From: Methanomassiliicoccaceae archaeon UBA593
GTDB taxonomy: Archaea > Thermoplasmatota > Thermoplasmata > Methanomassiliicoccales > Methanomethylophilaceae
NCBI GenBank assembly: GCA_002495325.1
Contig: DAEQ01000002.1
Coordinates: 112,877 to 176,876 of the forward strand
Length of the DNA: 64,000 nucleotides
Direction of reading: 5' to 3'
Below the pieces are notes generated by a model. It saw nothing but the letters and a program-made list of their open reading frames with translations, was not told the origin of the DNA and did not search any database. The translations under genes were made by a program, and so were the position numbers. Positions 47,656 to 57,059 of this stretch are shown here, piece after piece (position 1 is the first letter of the stretch; every line of letters starts with the position of its first letter).

Positions 47656-48681
47656 TCAGCCAACTTTCACATCGGCCACATAATGCGAGACTGACGGCGC
47701 AAAAGATTTGACCTCCCGGATCGCCAGTACCTCGTACAGCCGCTTCCCGCAGGCCGCATCGAAGATCTCCCGGACCCGCATCTCCTGCTGCCCGACATAG
47801 AACGTATCATGATAGTGGATAACGCACCCAGACTTCGCCAGGCGTAATGCGGTCGGCAGGAATTCAGCAGTCTTCTGGACGTAACCCATGAGGATCCGGT
47901 CGGCGAAACCGGTACCCAGCAGCGAGCGGTTGTCTGCCAGAATCGGGATGACCGTATCGGCGACGCCGTTGAGCTTGAGATTCTTGCACAGAGATTCATA
48001 GGAACGGGGGTTCTTCTCGCAGGCGAACAGCCGCCGCGGACCGGCAAATTTTGCCAGCGGGAGCGTGAAATATCCGATACCGGCGAACATGTCCACGACC
48101 GTCTCGCCCCTGCAGTCGAGCTCGCCCATCCGCCGGCGTTCGTTGATGTTACCGGAGGCGAACATCACCGCCGTCGGGTCAAAGCAGTAGTGGATGCCGT
48201 TTTCGGTCTTAACCGACTCACCGGGAACACCGTACAGCACCTGCATGTCCGGCAGCCGGAACTCGCCGGCCACACCGGAGATGTCCGCCATGACCGCTTT
48301 TGCTCCCAGTACTGCGGCGTAGGCACGGCCGACGGCGGCACCGTGCTCGACTAGGACCGGATCGAGTTTCAGAGTCACCGCGGAGCCGGCGGTCTCCCAT
48401 TTTTCCGGCAGCCGGTCCAGTTCCGCAGGCGTGAGTTCCTGGAGCAGCTCCTTAATCCGCTCAAGCGGCGGCCGGGAAGCCTCCGAATATGCCGGACCGG
48501 TAACCACCGTCAGGCCCATGGCTGCGGCATCCGCCTGCCGTTCGGGCCGGACCGGCACCCGGCGGCCGCCTGCATAGGCTGTGATACGGGCCTCGGGATC
48601 GGCGATGCCCCGAGCGAGCAGCAACGGGATCAGTTCGGCCGTCCGCTCCGCCGGGACCAGAACTTCGGGCACCTGTTTCAT
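47656..48681 (-). CDS. tRNA wyosine-pathway SAM-dependent transferase (Taw2/TYW2, Trm5 family)
   Basis: VMF..GN..ER, VDMFAGIGYFTL, EKNP and ADRILMGY. Confidence 0.85.
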   Translation of the reverse strand: MKQVPEVLVPAERTAELIPLLLARGIADPEARITAYAGGRRVPVRPERQADAAAMGLTVVTGPAYSEASRPPLERIKELLQELTPAELDRLPEKWETAGSAVTLKLDPVLVEHGAAVGRAYAAVLGAKAVMADISGVAGEFRLPDMQVLYGVPGESVKTENGIHYCFDPTAVMFASGNINERRRMGELDCRGETVVDMFAGIGYFTLPLAKFAGPRRLFACEKNPRSYESLCKNLKLNGVADTVIPILADNRSLLGTGFADRILMGYVQKTAEFLPTALRLAKSGCVIHYHDTFYVGQQEMRVREIFDAACGKRLYEVLAIREVKSFAPSVSHYVADVKVG

Positions 48682-49829
48682 AGACGGGCGCTCACCACCA
48701 GTCTGAGCAGTTTGCTTTTAATTCCTTTCTGGGCCAGCACCGGCTTGGCGAGGTCGCTGGGCCGGTCCAGGTCGACCGTGTCAAGGATCTCCCGGATCTC
48801 GGGGGTGTCCATCATGGCACCGGCCCGGTTGAGACCGCGGTCGTCGAGCCGGCGAAAAAGCTTCCGCAGCTGCCAGCCCCGGTCGAATTCCTTTCCGAGG
48901 GCCTGTTTCCACGCCCGGTCATAGAGCGACAGGACCGTGGTGCTGAAATCGGACATCTCGTAGGCTCTGTCTATCGTGCGGCAGAGCAGCGGCGCCGCGG
49001 TAAAAATTGGGTAAAGCCCACCGCCGGAGACCGGTTTGACCTGCCCGGCGGCATCACCGATGAGCAGTGTCCGTTCGCCGTGGGTGATCCGGCGGCCGCC
49101 CATCGGGATCTTGCCGACGTAGCGCGCTACGACACGGCTGCTGTTCAGACCGGTCTGGGTCAGCAGCTTTTTCAGGTATGGCGCCGGCGGACCGTACTGC
49201 GGCGTGACGCACAATCCGACCCGGACACGGTCGCCCAGCGGCAGCTCCCAGGAGAAGAATCCGGGCGCCAGCTCACGGCCGAGACGCAGGACCATGCGGT
49301 ACGGGTCAGCAGGCTCTTTCAGCACGTCTACCTGCATACCGTACAGGTACTCCCGGGCGGCATTATCGCGGAGCGAGGCGGCGACCCGCGAGCACTGTCC
49401 GTCAGCTCCGATCAGCAGGTCGGCCGTCAGAATACCCCGGACGGTCTGGACCCGGACCTCGCGAGGGGTGATAACGCTGCTGATGTACCGTTCGTCATAC
49501 AAAAACTGGGCACCGTACTCGGCGGCCTGGTCGGCCAGCCGGCAATCCAGGGCCGGACGGTCGATAACGTAGGCTATGGGATTGCGGCGTTCCACAGAAA
49601 TCCGGCGGCCGTCGGGAAAAACCACATCGGCAGCACACACAGTGCCCAGTATGTCCGGCCGGAAACCGGCCATCCGAATGGTTTCAGCGGTCACGATACC
49701 GGCGCAGTGCGCCGGCCGGCCTGCTGTCTGGTGCTCCTCGATTACCGTAACATCACGGCCGGCCGCCGCCAGCTGCTTGGCAGCGAGACAGCCGGCCGGC
49801 CCCGCACCGACAACGGCAATCTGGGGCAT
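48678..49829 (-). CDS. geranylgeranyl reductase family flavoprotein (second paralog)
   Basis: VVGAGPAG, HCAG, GADG, PGFF.W..P and GDAAGQVKP.SGGG. Confidence 0.85.
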   Translation of the reverse strand: MPQIAVVGAGPAGCLAAKQLAAAGRDVTVIEEHQTAGRPAHCAGIVTAETIRMAGFRPDILGTVCAADVVFPDGRRISVERRNPIAYVIDRPALDCRLADQAAEYGAQFLYDERYISSVITPREVRVQTVRGILTADLLIGADGQCSRVAASLRDNAAREYLYGMQVDVLKEPADPYRMVLRLGRELAPGFFSWELPLGDRVRVGLCVTPQYGPPAPYLKKLLTQTGLNSSRVVARYVGKIPMGGRRITHGERTLLIGDAAGQVKPVSGGGLYPIFTAAPLLCRTIDRAYEMSDFSTTVLSLYDRAWKQALGKEFDRGWQLRKLFRRLDDRGLNRAGAMMDTPEIREILDTVDLDRPSDLAKPVLAQKGIKSKLLRLVVSARL

Positions 49830-49835
49830 CGGCTC

Positions 49836-50495
49836 TCACTGGGAGGGACCGTTGACCTTCTCGTAATCGGCTTTGAACTTGGCGATGCCCTCGTCCGTCT
49901 TTGGATGGGACACCATCAGTTTCAGGATGTTGTAGGGAATGGTCGCGATATCGCAACCCAGTTCCGCGGCTTCGAGCACATGTGTCGGGTTCCGAATGGA
50001 AGCAGCGATGACCTCGGTGTCGCTCAACTGGTCATAGTTCCGCAGGATCTGCAGGATCTCGGCCAGAGTGTCGGTGCCGTGGGCTCCGATGTCGTCGAGC
50101 CGGCCGATGAACGGTGAGACGTAGCGGGCACCGGCCTTGGCAGCCAGCAACGCCTGCGAAGACGAGAAAATCAACGTCATGTTGACCCTTATGCCCTTGT
50201 CGGCAAGGATCTTGGTCGCTTTTAGCGAGTCCACGCACATCGGCAGTTTGACATTGATGTTCGGGTGGATTGCGGCCAGTTTCTCGCCTTCGGTCACCAT
50301 CTGCTCCCAGTCGGTCGCCATGCACTCGGCAGAGATCGGACCGTCAACGATCTTGGCAATCTCCCGGACCCGGGTCGGGGTGTCGGTGTTCTCTTTCGCG
50401 ATCAGACTCGGATTGGTGGTGACACCGTCAAGGATGCCCCAGCTGTTGATCTCCCGGATCATGTCCAGGTTTGCCGTGTCAATGAAGATCTTCAT
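49836..50495 (-). CDS. tal: transaldolase (TalC/Fsa family)
   Basis: IFIDTA, DGVTTNPSL, VKLP, NMTLIFS and SPFIGRLDD. Confidence 0.93.
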   Translation of the reverse strand: MKIFIDTANLDMIREINSWGILDGVTTNPSLIAKENTDTPTRVREIAKIVDGPISAECMATDWEQMVTEGEKLAAIHPNINVKLPMCVDSLKATKILADKGIRVNMTLIFSSSQALLAAKAGARYVSPFIGRLDDIGAHGTDTLAEILQILRNYDQLSDTEVIAASIRNPTHVLEAAELGCDIATIPYNILKLMVSHPKTDEGIAKFKADYEKVNGPSQ

Positions 50496-51445
50496 GATTT
50501 CTCATCTCTCATTTCGATAACGTTGTGCGCCTCGCGCACGATGTCGGCGGCTGTCAGGCCATATTTCTTCATCAGCTCGTCCGCACTGCCGGACTCGCCG
50601 AAAGTGTCATAGGTGCCAACCCGCGCCAAAGGCGTCGGACGGACCTCGGAAAGGAATTCTGCGACAGCGGAGCCGAGCCCGCCGATTACACTGTGCTCTT
50701 CGGCGGTGACGACCGCGCCGGTTTTGGCGGCGGTGTCGTAGACCGCATCTAGGTCCAGCGGCTTGATTGTAGCCATGTTGATGACCTCGGCGCTGATGCC
50801 TTCTTTTTCCAAGAGATCGGCGGCCTCGAGACAGGCCTGGACCATCTGTCCGCAACCGATAAGCGAAACATCGGTGCCCTTCAGCATGACAGTCGCTTTA
50901 CCGATCTCGAACGGCTTCTCTTCAGGTGTGCATACCGGGAACTCGGAACGACCCATGCGCATGTAGACCGGGCCGATGTAGTCGGCGATGGCGAGTGTGG
51001 CCTGGAAGGCCTCATATGCATCGGCTGGTACGATGACGGTCATGTTAGGCAGCTCCCGCATAAGCGCCACGTCCTCCAGCGCCTGGTGGGTGGCCCCATC
51101 GGGACCGACGGACAAACCGCAGTGGGTGGCGACAACTTTGACGTTTAGGTTCGCGTAGGCGACGGCCATGCGGATCTGCTCCCAGCAACGGCCGGAAGCG
51201 AACACTCCGAAGGTCGAAGCAAACGGAATCTTGCCAGAGGCAGCGAGTCCGGCCGCAATGCCGATCATGTCGGCCTCCGCGATGCCGCACTCGATGAACC
51301 GTTCCGGAGCGACCTTCTTGAATGAGATTGTTTTGGTCGAACCAGCCAGGTCGGCATCGAGGACAACGACCTGCGGATTGTCCCGACCCAATTGAGCCAG
51401 GGCCTTGCCGTAATAGGTACGCTGGGCCAACTTCGGGGCGGTCAT
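50492..51445 (-). CDS. transketolase C-terminal subunit
   Basis: DADL..ST, GIAE, G.DG.THQ..ED and EEH...GGLG. Confidence 0.93.
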   Translation of the reverse strand: MTAPKLAQRTYYGKALAQLGRDNPQVVVLDADLAGSTKTISFKKVAPERFIECGIAEADMIGIAAGLAASGKIPFASTFGVFASGRCWEQIRMAVAYANLNVKVVATHCGLSVGPDGATHQALEDVALMRELPNMTVIVPADAYEAFQATLAIADYIGPVYMRMGRSEFPVCTPEEKPFEIGKATVMLKGTDVSLIGCGQMVQACLEAADLLEKEGISAEVINMATIKPLDLDAVYDTAAKTGAVVTAEEHSVIGGLGSAVAEFLSEVRPTPLARVGTYDTFGESGSADELMKKYGLTAADIVREAHNVIEMRDEKS

Positions 51446-52275
51446 CTGATCACCGCTTTGAGTTCAGCGACAGCAGCCTGGTATTCGTCAGGATTGCATG
51501 CCCGGCCGTGAAAATCGGGATTGTTCTCCATAAAGGACACGCCCTTGCCTTTGACCGTGTTCATGATGATCACCGTAGGATTCTTCCGTGACTCCTTCGC
51601 CTTGGCGCAGGCCTCGAGGATCTGCCGGATATTGTGGCCGTCAATGATGATGACGTTCCAGCCGAAGGCGTGCCATTTCTCAGGCAGAGGATCCATGGAC
51701 ATGACCTCCTCGGTGTTGCCGGAGATCTGCAGCCGGTTACGGTCAACGAAGGCAATCAGATGGTTCAGACCCCGGTGGTGGGCGAACATGGCCGCCTCCC
51801 AGTTCTGACCTTCCTGCAGTTCGCCATCACCCAGCAGGCAGTAGGTGTAGTAGTCCTTGCTATCCATCTTGCCAGCGAGCGCGATGCCGCAGGCCATGCT
51901 GAGGCCCTGGCCGAGCGAGCCGGTGGAGACCTCGATGCCCGGCAGGTGGCCGCGGGCGGGATGGCCCTGCAGCCGGGAACCGAGCTTGCGGAGCGTTAGC
52001 AACTCCTCTTTCGGGAAATAGCCGCTCTCGGCGAGCGCGGCATAAAGGACCGGAGCGGTGTGCCCTTTGGAAAGAACGAACCGGTCGCGGTCGGGCATCT
52101 CGGGCTGATCGGGCGCATGGTGCAGGACCCGGAAATAGAGCACGGCCATCAGATCGGCAGCCGAGAGCGATCCTCCCGGATGACCTGAACCAGCGGCAGT
52201 TGTCATCTCAATGACGTCGAGCCGCATCTTGTTGGCGATGTTCTGCAATTCTTCGATACCGGGAGGCTCCGACAT
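51442..52275 (-). CDS. transketolase N-terminal subunit
   Basis: GHPGGSLS, DRFVLSKGH, GSLGQGLS and GDGE..EG..WEA TPP motif. Confidence 0.94.
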   Translation of the reverse strand: MSEPPGIEELQNIANKMRLDVIEMTTAAGSGHPGGSLSAADLMAVLYFRVLHHAPDQPEMPDRDRFVLSKGHTAPVLYAALAESGYFPKEELLTLRKLGSRLQGHPARGHLPGIEVSTGSLGQGLSMACGIALAGKMDSKDYYTYCLLGDGELQEGQNWEAAMFAHHRGLNHLIAFVDRNRLQISGNTEEVMSMDPLPEKWHAFGWNVIIIDGHNIRQILEACAKAKESRKNPTVIIMNTVKGKGVSFMENNPDFHGRACNPDEYQAAVAELKAVIR

Positions 52276-52284
52276 GTATGGACC

Positions 52285-53022
52285 TCATTCGCTCTCGATA
52301 CGTGGGGCCAGGAAGTAGCAGACGTCGGCCTCGCCGTCGGCCAGCTTGAAGAGCAACTTGACGGGATAGTCGTTGTCCAGCTGAACATCCACGACCGTAC
52401 CGGCCGGGATTGCCTTGACGATGTTGGAGAAATAATCGAGCGGATAGAGACTGGAGACCTTGGTATCGGCCTTCAGGCCTTTCAGTTCGGCGACCGGCAC
52501 CCGCAGATTCGCCATGTCGGTGTCGCCCTCGCAGGAAAGCTCGAACCCTTCGGGGTCGGCCTCCAGAGCGATGTGGTCAGAGATAGACTCCGCCGCGCGG
52601 ATGCCCTTCTGCAGCTGGTCGATGCCGACTTGCACACTGGCGGACAGATTGATCTGCGGAACCTTCGGGTCATTCATGCTCGAAGTGTCCACCAGGCTCA
52701 TGCGCCGGGTGATGTTGCCGATACGGAAGATCAGGCGGCCCTGAGCTTCGTCATGCTCCATGACGATGTTGTCGGAAGGACCGGCGAGCTTCAGGACGGA
52801 TTTGACTTTGTCGAGATCGAGGCCGATCTCGGAGTCGGTAGCCTCGTAGGAAACGAAGGCTTTGGCCCCAACGTTGATCTCAATCATCGCCACGTGGGCG
52901 GGGTCAATGGCCTTAAGGCTCATCTGTTCGGGGGAGATGGTGAACTTCACTTCGTCCACGAGGGTGGACACGATGTAGACCAGTCCCTTGAGGGTCTCGG
53001 ATTTAATCTCTGCCTTGAACAT
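52285..53022 (-). CDS. pcn: PCNA sliding clamp
   Basis: AIDPAHVAM and FLAPRIE C-terminus. Confidence 0.95.
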   Translation of the reverse strand: MFKAEIKSETLKGLVYIVSTLVDEVKFTISPEQMSLKAIDPAHVAMIEINVGAKAFVSYEATDSEIGLDLDKVKSVLKLAGPSDNIVMEHDEAQGRLIFRIGNITRRMSLVDTSSMNDPKVPQINLSASVQVGIDQLQKGIRAAESISDHIALEADPEGFELSCEGDTDMANLRVPVAELKGLKADTKVSSLYPLDYFSNIVKAIPAGTVVDVQLDNDYPVKLLFKLADGEADVCYFLAPRIESE

Positions 53023-53052
53023 GCTCTCTCACCTGCTGCACCCAGCGGGAGT

Positions 53053-53352
53053 TCAGTACTCTCTCCAGGTGTGATTGCACTTGCAGCAGCGGTAAATCCT
53101 GGTCTCAGGTTCATCCGCTGCGCGGGTCTGTCTGATTACGAAGTATGCCTCGGTGTGGCCGCATTCGGGACACTGAATGCGGGTCTTCGGCAACGTCGCG
53201 ACGTTGTCGGCGATAACTGTGGTCTGCTTAGTTTTCGAATCGGTAGTGAAAACATCGGCTTTGGCACCGAATTCCTGAGTGGCGCCGCAGGAAGAGCAGA
53301 CGTACTTTCCGTCCTTGGGGAACATCATCGAGCCGCACGATGGGCAAAACAT
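53053..53352 (-). CDS. tfs: transcription factor S (TFS/RpoM)
   Basis: FCP.CG...C..C and CPECG...QTRAADEP.T..YRC..C. Confidence 0.93.
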   Translation of the reverse strand: MFCPSCGSMMFPKDGKYVCSSCGATQEFGAKADVFTTDSKTKQTTVIADNVATLPKTRIQCPECGHTEAYFVIRQTRAADEPETRIYRCCKCNHTWREY

Positions 53353-53459
53353 CTTTTCAACCTCTAATTAGCGGACACATCCGATAACGCTATTAAAGGT
53401 TTGTCTTAATAACAGGTCAGTGAAAGAAAAAGAGAGAAAGATTGCTGGCTCTGACGACC

Positions 53460-53621
53460 TTAAGGCTTTTTATCCGCAACGGAGCGCGGACGTTTGGCCG
53501 CCAGGATGTCCTGCAGCGGATTGCCGGCCGCTGAATCGGTCCGACCGACGTTGACCGTGTCTGTGGTGGAGACCACGGTCCGTTTGGGCGGGTATGGCGG
53601 CTGGAATTGCTCTTCCGACAT
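53460..53621 (-). CDS. small hypothetical protein (53 aa, absent from ORF track)
   Basis: ATG to TAA; MSEEQFQPPYPPKRTVVSTTDTVNVGRTDSAAGNPLQDILAAKRPRSVADKKP; GC3-rich codons. Confidence 0.5.
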   Translation of the reverse strand: MSEEQFQPPYPPKRTVVSTTDTVNVGRTDSAAGNPLQDILAAKRPRSVADKKP

Positions 53622-53670
53622 CAGATTCTCCGGGAAAAAAAGACCAGCGAGATTACCCCCACCGACAGTT

Positions 53671-55161
53671 TTACCGCTTCGAACAGCGTTTCGCGACCTT
53701 CTTGGCCCGGACGTTCTCTTTGACGGCAGCGGCCACGGCCTCAGCTTCGGCCTGACCGTCGGTGATCGACATGGCCGGGAAGTGCAGGACCGACCAGCCC
53801 TCGTCTTTCAGCGCGGCATCGTCGTTCGGGGCGGCGCCATCCCCATCGACAAAGACCGCCACATTGCCCTTGACAAAGGCCACCGGAATCTCGTGCGGAC
53901 CGTAGTCCTTCCGGCACCGCAGACCCTTGTTCCAGCAGGCCCGGCGGACCCGGGATTCGGGCGTATCGGGCTCCAGACCGAGCTCGGCAGCCAGCATTTC
54001 CACGTCGACCGGTTCTTCCTCGGCCGGGGCCGACTCTGCGGCCGGAGCGGCGGCCATCGGCGTGACCGCGGCGGGAACCTTCTCAAACGCGGCAACCGAA
54101 ACTGGTCCGGGTTCTGATTCGACTGCGGGTTCAGCAGCAGATGCCGATACCGATGCAGGCTGTGGCTCGGCCGCAGACTTGATCTGGGCCAGATCTTCGG
54201 ACTCGTACCGCGCTTCCTTGGCGTTGCGGGCAGCGGCGGCCGCTTGCCTGGAATTCATCATCTTGGGCAGGGTCGGGACCTTCTTCGTTTCTTTGTTCGG
54301 CTCTTCCTTCTCCACTTTCGGTTCGACAGCCTTGACCGAAGCCGCCGGGACCGAAGCGGCCGCCGGCGCGGCGGCCTTCTGCTCAGGCTTACGGATGGCC
54401 ATAATGTCCTGCTGGGGCCTGGTCACTGACTGCGATTTCTCGACAATTTTCGCAGTTTTTGTCAGCTTTTCGGTCGGTTTCTTTTCAGGAGCTTTCTCGG
54501 CCGGCTGTTCATAGAATTTAGGCCCCTGTTTCTTTTCATTGCGTTTGTGGACCGGCTTTTCGGCCTTCTGGCCCATTTTACCTTTGACGGCAGCCGACCC
54601 GACCCCAGTGACTCTGCCCGAGATCAGGCAAAACCCGCCCGCACAGCCGACCAGCAGCATTGCAGCCACCAGAAAGAGTTCGTCTTTTAGGATGCCACCC
54701 AGGAACAAGGCGGCTGCCATGACAATCAGCAGTACTGCATAAATCGCGGCAGGCCATTTGGTCGGTGAAAGCCCGGCAACGACCGTACCGACCAGAGCGG
54801 CAATTATGAAGATAACAGCAAAACTGGTGTAGACCGAGGCCCATTTAAGTCCCAGTTCATCTGTGAAACATAGCAGGAGGCCGACGACACCGGCAATAGC
54901 CAGCGCCGCGCCGAAAAGGAAGTATGTGTATTCCTCCCGCTGCGCTTTCTGTACGGCGTAAATCGCACCAAAGACCAAGGTCAGAACCGCGGCAACAGCC
55001 GCGACGATCTGCACCGTTCCGTTCGCCATGAAAGTTTCAAAGCTGTCGGTACCGTAGACGAGACCGTCGGCAATGCCAATGACAAGAGCGATCAGCGCAA
55101 CCACAAAGGCAAGCAGTCCTATAACTCCGCTGACCCTTCTCAGCTCCCATCCTTCTGCCAT
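53671..55161 (-). CDS. membrane protein with low-complexity A/P/E/K linker and C-terminal Vsr/DUF559-like domain
   Basis: About 6 N-terminal TM helices; C-terminal VAVFVDG....D..L...GW.VL pattern. Confidence 0.7.
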   Translation of the reverse strand: MAEGWELRRVSGVIGLLAFVVALIALVIGIADGLVYGTDSFETFMANGTVQIVAAVAAVLTLVFGAIYAVQKAQREEYTYFLFGAALAIAGVVGLLLCFTDELGLKWASVYTSFAVIFIIAALVGTVVAGLSPTKWPAAIYAVLLIVMAAALFLGGILKDELFLVAAMLLVGCAGGFCLISGRVTGVGSAAVKGKMGQKAEKPVHKRNEKKQGPKFYEQPAEKAPEKKPTEKLTKTAKIVEKSQSVTRPQQDIMAIRKPEQKAAAPAAASVPAASVKAVEPKVEKEEPNKETKKVPTLPKMMNSRQAAAAARNAKEARYESEDLAQIKSAAEPQPASVSASAAEPAVESEPGPVSVAAFEKVPAAVTPMAAAPAAESAPAEEEPVDVEMLAAELGLEPDTPESRVRRACWNKGLRCRKDYGPHEIPVAFVKGNVAVFVDGDGAAPNDDAALKDEGWSVLHFPAMSITDGQAEAEAVAAAVKENVRAKKVAKRCSKR

Positions 55162-55320
55162 GATAAATGTTATTGTCGTAAGGAGTATATTAGGTTCAGC
55201 CTTAGATAATCGCTCTGTGGGTCATTAATTGTCTTTATAAGCGTACCCGTAAAGGCAGATTCTGGCCTGTTGTATGACCCAGATGGCTTTTTTGTCAAAA
55301 GCCTTGCCCACGCGCGGAAA

Positions 55321-55458
55321 CTAAATATACCGAGATACAATAACACCTTTTATTAGCTGTCGCGGGACCCTCCCGACAGCAGACAGTTACAGTCAAAGAG
55401 GCCTCTCCGGTCTCTTTTCACAAAGCCCTCTTTCGAGGCGCTAAAGGAGAAAACACCG
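55321..55458 (+). promoter_or_regulatory. promoter and structured about 105-nt 5' leader of the beta-CASP RNase gene
   Basis: TAAATATA at about 55322; three hairpins (55356-55380, 55395-55417, 55425-55441); RBS AAGGAG. Confidence 0.45.
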
Positions 55459-56700
55459 ATGAAAATGAAATTCAACTTTCTCGGCGGTGCCGACATCGTC
55501 GGACGCATGGCCATGACCATCGAAGGCGACAACAAGACCATGCTCGTCGAATACGGCATCAGCCCGACCAAACCGCCGCAGTATCCGCTGCCGGTCCCGG
55601 GGAAGATCGATCACATCTTCCTGACCCACAGCCATTTGGATCACTGCGGCATGATTCCCGCGGTCTGCGGCAAGCAGAACTGCGAGCTCTTTACCACCCC
55701 GCTGTCCGCGGAGATCTCCGAGCTCATGATGTACGACAGTCTGAAGATTGCGAAGGCCGAGGGATACCCAGAGCCTTACCAGGCCGCCGACATTGAGCGG
55801 ACCATGCAGCATGTCGTGCCACTGACATTCGAGGACACCATCGAATTGGGACACCTCGATGTCACTCTGCACTCGGCCGGCCACGTCCCAGGTGCCACCA
55901 TGTTCGAGTTCAAAGGCGACAACAGCACGCTCTACACCGGAGACATCCACACCGAGGACCAGAAGCTTGTGCTTGGTGCCCGCCCACTCGACTGCAAGAA
56001 CCTATTCATAGAAGGCACCTACGGGGGCCGGAACCACCCGCCGAAGGAGGACACCATCAATGCTTTTATCGCCAAGATCGACGAGGTCATCGACCGCGGC
56101 GGCATCGTCATCGTCCCTGTCTTCGCTGTCGGCCGTACACAAGAAATCATGCTCCTGCTGAAGAACCTCGGCTACGAGATGTGGGTCGACGGCATGGGCC
56201 GGTCGGTCACCAACCTGTTTCTCGACTACCCGGAGTATATCCGGAACGCCAAGTCCCTGCGCGCCGCGAAACGGACCTTTAACGAGGTCCGGAACGCCGG
56301 CTCCCGCAAGCGGGCCATTAAGGGTCAGATCATCGTCACCACCGGCGGTATGCTTGACGGCGGCCCGGTGCTGAGCTATCTGCACACGCTGAAGGACGAT
56401 CCCAAGAACGCAATTCTGCTTGTCGGCTACCAGGCCGACGACACCAACGGCCGGATGCTCATGGACCAGGGCTGCATCAACCTGGACGGCGAGGTCGTCA
56501 AGGTCGCCTGCGAGGTCCAGAAGTTCGATTTCTCGGCCCACGCCGGCCACGACCAGATTGTACAGTTTATCCGCGACTGCGACCCCGAGAACGTAATCTT
56601 CATGCACTCGGAGACCCGGGAACTGTTCTTGCCCGACCTCCAAGACGACTACCACGTCATGCTGCCTGAGGTCAACAAGCCGTTCGAACTGGATGTCTGA
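55459..56700 (+). CDS. MBL-fold beta-CASP ribonuclease (aCPSF2-like)
   Basis: HSHLDH, AGH.PG, YTGD, EGTYG, FAVGRTQE and FSAHAG; no KH domains. Confidence 0.88.
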   Translation: MKMKFNFLGGADIVGRMAMTIEGDNKTMLVEYGISPTKPPQYPLPVPGKIDHIFLTHSHLDHCGMIPAVCGKQNCELFTTPLSAEISELMMYDSLKIAKAEGYPEPYQAADIERTMQHVVPLTFEDTIELGHLDVTLHSAGHVPGATMFEFKGDNSTLYTGDIHTEDQKLVLGARPLDCKNLFIEGTYGGRNHPPKEDTINAFIAKIDEVIDRGGIVIVPVFAVGRTQEIMLLLKNLGYEMWVDGMGRSVTNLFLDYPEYIRNAKSLRAAKRTFNEVRNAGSRKRAIKGQIIVTTGGMLDGGPVLSYLHTLKDDPKNAILLVGYQADDTNGRMLMDQGCINLDGEVVKVACEVQKFDFSAHAGHDQIVQFIRDCDPENVIFMHSETRELFLPDLQDDYHVMLPEVNKPFELDV

Positions 56701-56713
56701 CAAAACTCTTACC

Positions 56714-56741
56714 GGGACGGCCGGCCTCGACCGATCGTCCC
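56714..56741 (+). terminator. hairpin after beta-CASP RNase
   Basis: gggacg...cgtccc followed by cttcttct. Confidence 0.4.
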
Positions 56742-56787
56742 CTTCTTCTAATAAACCCTATCTACTGCTGACGCGCTTCGTCTGTTT

Positions 56788-56982
56788 ATGGCTATTGACA
56801 TCAGTCAGTACAAATGCGAGTTCTGCGGCAAGACTGCGACAAACATCCTGTTCGCTGCGTTCGTCTGCGACGACCCGGAATGCATCGAGAAGGCCCGGAT
56901 CACCCGCGGCGGACCCGGCGGCCATATGAAACGGAAGGCAGAAGGCAAGCCCATCATTCCTGAAGAGGTCAACGACGAGTGA
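56788..56982 (+). CDS. small putative zinc-finger protein
   Basis: CEFC...CDDPEC and RGGPGGH; clean 64-aa ORF. Confidence 0.7.
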   Translation: MAIDISQYKCEFCGKTATNILFAAFVCDDPECIEKARITRGGPGGHMKRKAEGKPIIPEEVNDE

Positions 56983-57025
56983 TAGCGCAGCGCCTTTTTT
57001 TCAAACTTCAAAAATAAACAAAGCC

Positions 57026-57043
57026 GGGCGGCAGAAGCCGCCC
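57026..57043. terminator. hairpin between convergent genes (purH terminator)
   Basis: gggcggc-agaa-gccgccc flanked by A/T tracts. Confidence 0.6.
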
Positions 57044-57059
57044 AGAAACAATTTGACAA

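Noticed and set aside
43385-52275. Calvin cycle (RuBisCO plus transketolase/transaldolase)
   Set aside because: No phosphoribulokinase in the window, and RuBisCO is embedded in the AMP phosphorylase/R15P isomerase salvage operon.
54000-54520. Apparent repeats (GCCGCC/gcggcc runs)
   Set aside because: Low-complexity Ala/Pro/Glu coding linker, not a tandem repeat or CRISPR array.
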